From NCBI GenBank assembly GCA_031409655.1, contig JANNXQ010000300.1, positions 1 to 64,000 on the forward strand: 64,000 nt of DNA, in the 5' to 3' direction. Position 1 is the first letter of the stretch; every line of letters begins with the position of its first letter. Of the stretch, positions 60,527-64,000 are shown in pieces. Source of the DNA: Chthoniobacteraceae bacterium. GTDB lineage: Bacteria; Verrucomicrobiota; Verrucomicrobiia; Chthoniobacterales; Chthoniobacteraceae. The position numbers were made by a program, and so were the translations under genes. The notes under the pieces were generated by a model. That model saw only the letters and a program-made list of their open reading frames with translations. It searched no databases and was not told where the DNA came from.

Positions 60527-60721
60527 TCACGGAATCTCCCCTGCCGGCAGGCGAGGGGCGGGACCGAGTCGGACGGGCTGGGGTGTTGGCACCTCGCTCG
60601 GCTGCGCGGTGATCACCGGCGCAGTTGGGATCGGTGCCGGTGGCGCCGTTTTGGGGTTGGGAGCCACTGGCCGCGAGCACGCGCTGACGAAGAGCATCGC
60701 CACGACGCCCGGTATCCGCAT
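60527..60721 (-). CDS. Possible small Pro-rich lipoprotein
   Basis: MRIPGVVAMLFVSAC lipobox followed by a Pro-rich tail. Confidence 0.4.
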   Translation of the reverse strand: MRIPGVVAMLFVSACSRPVAPNPKTAPPAPIPTAPVITAQPSEVPTPQPVRLGPAPRLPAGEIP

Positions 60722-60987
60722 GGCCGAGCGGTTCATGGTGCGATGGAGACGCTATGGCGGAAAAAGGCGCGTCGTTCGTTCAGGACACTGACCGTGAAAG
60801 TGTGGGTGCTGCCCGAGCCAGTGTCCGGGGTCCAGGCGAGGAGCGAATTTCCGCCGAGCAGAAGCGAAAGGGTGCATCCGAGCACGGCACGAAGGGGGGA
60901 ATTAAAAAAGCATTTCAGACGAGATATGAAGCTTGCGCGGTGCGCAAGGCAGTTGCCCACTCCCGCCCCGCGTGGCACAAACGCCCC

Positions 60988-62049
60988 ATGCAACCGCGCC
61001 CCCTCCGCACCACGGTCATCGGCAGTTACCCTTTTCCCGCGTGGTTGGAATTCGCCTGCCAGCACCTCGATCGCTTCGGCAAGGACGACCTCACCGAACT
61101 CCAGGACGACGCCGTCATCGCCGCACTCCACGATCAGTGTGCTGCCGGCCTCGACGTGCTGACCGATGGCGAGCAAACGCGCCTCGATTTCAACCTTTCC
61201 TTCTACGGCTTCCTCGAAGGTCTCGAACTCGAAAGCGCGTTGCCGCGCCGCTGGGGCCCGCCCGCGCATGATCAGCGGGGAAAACATCGCGTCATTGGCG
61301 AACTGCGCGCCCCACGCGGCCTCGGCGTCGTGGAAGAATTCCAGCGCCTGCAGAGACTGACCGCCACTCGATTTTCAATCCCCGATTTTCAATCCTCAAT
61401 TTCTCTGAAAGCCAGCGTCCCCGGCCCCTACACCTTGAGCGGCCGACTGCTCCCAAATGCGCAATACCCCGACCGCTACGCCCTCACCGAAGCGCTGCTG
61501 CCGCTCGTCCAGCGCGAACTCGTCGCCCTCGTCGAAGCTGGTTGCCGCGAGATCACCGTGGATGAGCCATCCATGAGCTGCTACGCGCACCGCGAAGATC
61601 CCGCGCGTTTCGTCGAAATCTTCAATCGCACCGTGGCACCGGTCGTCGGTCGCTGCCGCCTTTCCACCCACCTCTGCTTCGGTAACTACAAAGGCCGCGC
61701 CGTCGGCCTGCGCCGTTATGCGCCGATGTTCCCCGCCTTCTTGGATTTTACCATCGACGAAGTGCATCTCGAGATGGCCAGTCGTGAGTTCGCGGAGATC
61801 GAGATTTTGCAAAAGATTACGCCGCGCATGGATGTCGCCGTCGGTATCATTGACGTGAAGAGTTACTACATCGAAACACCCGAGGACATCGCTGCGCGCG
61901 TCAGCCTTTGTCTCCAGCACGCTCCGGCCGAGCGCCTCGGCTTCGCGCCCGATTGCGGCCTCAGCCAGACCGCCCGCTGGGCCGCGAAACGCAAGCTGGC
62001 CGCGCTGGTGGCCGGGGTAGAAATCGTCCGCTGCGAACTCGGCCTGTGA
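60988..62049 (+). CDS. Cobalamin-independent methionine synthase catalytic-domain (core MetE-like) protein
   Basis: TTVIGSYP, LTDGEQ, PGPYTL, VDEP and Zn ligands HLCFGN / LE / PDCGL; no N-terminal barrel. Confidence 0.9.
   Translation: MQPRPLRTTVIGSYPFPAWLEFACQHLDRFGKDDLTELQDDAVIAALHDQCAAGLDVLTDGEQTRLDFNLSFYGFLEGLELESALPRRWGPPAHDQRGKHRVIGELRAPRGLGVVEEFQRLQRLTATRFSIPDFQSSISLKASVPGPYTLSGRLLPNAQYPDRYALTEALLPLVQRELVALVEAGCREITVDEPSMSCYAHREDPARFVEIFNRTVAPVVGRCRLSTHLCFGNYKGRAVGLRRYAPMFPAFLDFTIDEVHLEMASREFAEIEILQKITPRMDVAVGIIDVKSYYIETPEDIAARVSLCLQHAPAERLGFAPDCGLSQTARWAAKRKLAALVAGVEIVRCELGL
61366..61400. repeat. Heptamer tandem array inside the MetE-core CDS
   Basis: ACTCGAT TTTCAAT CCCCGAT TTTCAAT CCTCAAT; translated as TRFSIPDFQSSI. 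Confidence 0.75.
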
Positions 62050-62894
62050 TCCAGCCCCTCCAGCGGGACGATGGCTTCCTCGCAGACCTGGCCCGTCCGC
62101 TTGCCGGGGACGAGCTGCGCCTTTGGTGGCTCGGTCAGAGCGGCTTCGTCGTGCGCTGCGGCGGCTCAACCCTCGTACTCGATCCTTACCTCTCCGATTC
62201 GCTCACCGAAAAATATGCGACGACGGACAAGCCCCACGTCCGGCTCACTGAGCGCGTCGTGGCTCCTGATCAGCTCGTCGGTGTGGATGTCGTCACGTCG
62301 TCGCACAACCACACCGACCATCTCGACGCCGCCACGCTCATCCCGCTGCGCACCACAAACCCCGGCCTGCGCCTGGTCATTCCGGAAGCCAGCCGGGACT
62401 TCGTTGCCCAGCGGTTAGGTGCAGATCCGCGGGACGCCGCGGGTCTCGACGCGGGCGCTTCATTGAAAGTGGCGCGCTGGGACCTGCATGCCGTGGCCGC
62501 CGCTCACGATGATCTTGATCGCGACGAACGTGGACACTTTCGCTATCTCGGCTACGTCATCCGGCGCGCTGGTTGGACGCTCTACCACAGCGGCGATACC
62601 CTGCTGTATCCCGGCCTCGCGGAGACCTTACGCGCCTTTGCTCCCATCGACGTTGCGCTGCTGCCCATCAACGGCAAAAAACCCGAGCGCTGCGTCGCCG
62701 GAAATCTCGACGGTCGTGAAGCCGCGCAACTCGCCCACGAAATCGGCACGCGCTGGGTTATCCCCTGTCACTACGATATGTTTGCTTTCAATACTGCCGA
62801 CCCCCACGACCTCTTCGTGCCCGAGTGCGAGCGCAGCGGACAACCTTATCAAATCCTCGAATCCGGCGAAGGCTGGACTCTCCCAAACCGATGA
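62046..62894 (+). CDS. MBL-fold metallo-hydrolase (UlaG-like)
   Basis: WWLGQSG, DPYLS, SHNHTDHLD, YHSGDT, LPING and IPCHYDMF motifs; GTGA overlap with the upstream stop. Confidence 0.9.
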   Translation: MIQPLQRDDGFLADLARPLAGDELRLWWLGQSGFVVRCGGSTLVLDPYLSDSLTEKYATTDKPHVRLTERVVAPDQLVGVDVVTSSHNHTDHLDAATLIPLRTTNPGLRLVIPEASRDFVAQRLGADPRDAAGLDAGASLKVARWDLHAVAAAHDDLDRDERGHFRYLGYVIRRAGWTLYHSGDTLLYPGLAETLRAFAPIDVALLPINGKKPERCVAGNLDGREAAQLAHEIGTRWVIPCHYDMFAFNTADPHDLFVPECERSGQPYQILESGEGWTLPNR

Positions 62895-64000
62895 AAAAAC
62901 AAACCCTCCTCTTCTTCATCGCCCTTCTCGGGCCCCTGGCGCTCCTCCGTGCTGCCGACCCGAAACCCAACATCATCTTCATCCTCGCCGACGATCTCGG
63001 TTACGGGGATCTCGGCAGCTACGGGCAAAGGAAAATCCGTACCCCGAACCTCGACCGCATGGCCGCCGAAGGACTGCGTTTCACCCAGCATTACTCCGGC
63101 AACGCCGTCTGCGCCCCGTCGCGTTGCGTGCTGATGACTGGTCGTCATCCCGGCCACGCTTTCGTGCGCGACAATCGAAGTTACAAACCGGAAGGCCAGG
63201 AACCGCTCCCGGCAGGCACCGTTACCCTGCCGGCGTTGCTCAAAGCGGAGGGTTACGCCACGGGCGGCTTTGGAAAGTGGGGCCTTGGTGGGCCTGGCAC
63301 GCCGGGCGATCCGCTGCAGCAAGGCTTCGACCGGTGGTTTGGTTACAACTGCCAGGGCGTCGCGCACAACTTTTACCCGACTTACCTTTGGGACAATGAC
63401 CAGAAAGTCACTCTGAAGAACACTGCGTTCCCGGCGAATGATAAATTGAAGCCCGAAGAGAATCCGAGCGATCCGCAAAGTTACCGGCGCTTTCAGGGCA
63501 CCGAGTATTCCGCGGATTTGATCAATGAACAGGCGCTCAAATTCATTCGGGAAAACAAAGACAAATCATTCTTCTGCTATGTGCCGACTACTGTGCCACA
63601 CGTGGCGCTTCAGGTGCCGGATGACTCTCTCAAGGAGTACGTCGGCCTCTGGAATGATCCGCCCTATCCCGGAGGCAAGGGTTACATCCCGCACTTTTCG
63701 CCGCTCGCGGCTTACGCGGCAATGATTACCCGGATGGATCGGGAAATAGGACGCATGATGGATCTCGTGAAAGAGCTTGGACTCGATGAGAAGACGATCT
63801 TCGCTTTCAGTTCCGACAACGGGGCGCTCAACGGCGAACATCAAGGCCTCGCCGGGACCGACGCCATTTTCTTCAACTCCACCGGCGGACTTCGGAACGG
63901 CAAGGGGACTCTTTACGAAGGTGGCTTCCGCGTGCCTGGCATCGTCCGCTGGAAGGGCACGGTCAAGGCGGGGACGGTCTCCGATCGAGTTACCGGTTTT
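62891..64000 (+). CDS. Arylsulfatase (formylglycine-dependent), truncated by the window end
   Basis: Manual translation MKKQTLLFF...PNIIFILADDLGYGD...VCAPSR...GKWGLG...SSDNG; absent from the ORF track because it has no stop in the window. Confidence 0.93.
   Translation, partial: MKKQTLLFFIALLGPLALLRAADPKPNIIFILADDLGYGDLGSYGQRKIRTPNLDRMAAEGLRFTQHYSGNAVCAPSRCVLMTGRHPGHAFVRDNRSYKPEGQEPLPAGTVTLPALLKAEGYATGGFGKWGLGGPGTPGDPLQQGFDRWFGYNCQGVAHNFYPTYLWDNDQKVTLKNTAFPANDKLKPEENPSDPQSYRRFQGTEYSADLINEQALKFIRENKDKSFFCYVPTTVPHVALQVPDDSLKEYVGLWNDPPYPGGKGYIPHFSPLAAYAAMITRMDREIGRMMDLVKELGLDEKTIFAFSSDNGALNGEHQGLAGTDAIFFNSTGGLRNGKGTLYEGGFRVPGIVRWKGTVKAGTVSDRVTGF

Noticed and set aside
60740..60987. SAM or cobalamin riboswitch upstream of the MetE-core gene
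   Set aside because: No recognisable conserved aptamer motifs by eye.

Overview
GC-rich bacterial chromosomal DNA, densely coding, with about 50 credible CDS. I found no rRNA, tRNA, CRISPR array or intact mobile element. Gene content (PEP-CTERM proteins, DUF1552/DUF1592 pair, DUF1080, ThuA, DUF6797-like protein, sulfatase) points to the PVC superphylum, probably Verrucomicrobiota; this is inference. Most genes are housekeeping or envelope genes: U32/RlhA-like, tsaB, ribD, two Hsp20, M13 peptidase, leuA, tsaE-thiL-CPBP-sppA-nnr-amidase, cysteine desulfurase, gcvP, folP-cdaA-glmM-bioD, cinA, cls, UGPase, surE, a MetE-core enzyme and a sulfatase. The most striking unexplained signal is non-coding: six arrays with a 7-nt period but different unit sequences. 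Four are inverted two-arm hairpins and two are translated in frame inside thiL and the MetE-core gene. There are also 8/9-mer and REP-like hairpin elements, one of them fused to an IS110 transposase remnant. Other notable items: a candidate Leu leader-peptide attenuator before leuA, a 61-aa mini-CdaR overlapping cdaA, a stand-alone OvoA C-terminal-like methyltransferase next to a TPMT-like gene, a passenger-less inverse-autotransporter barrel, a 72-bp duplication of the surE 5' end, and blocks of opposite G/C skew that ignore gene orientation. All product calls come from motif recognition by eye; no database search was run. Start codons are my best estimates.
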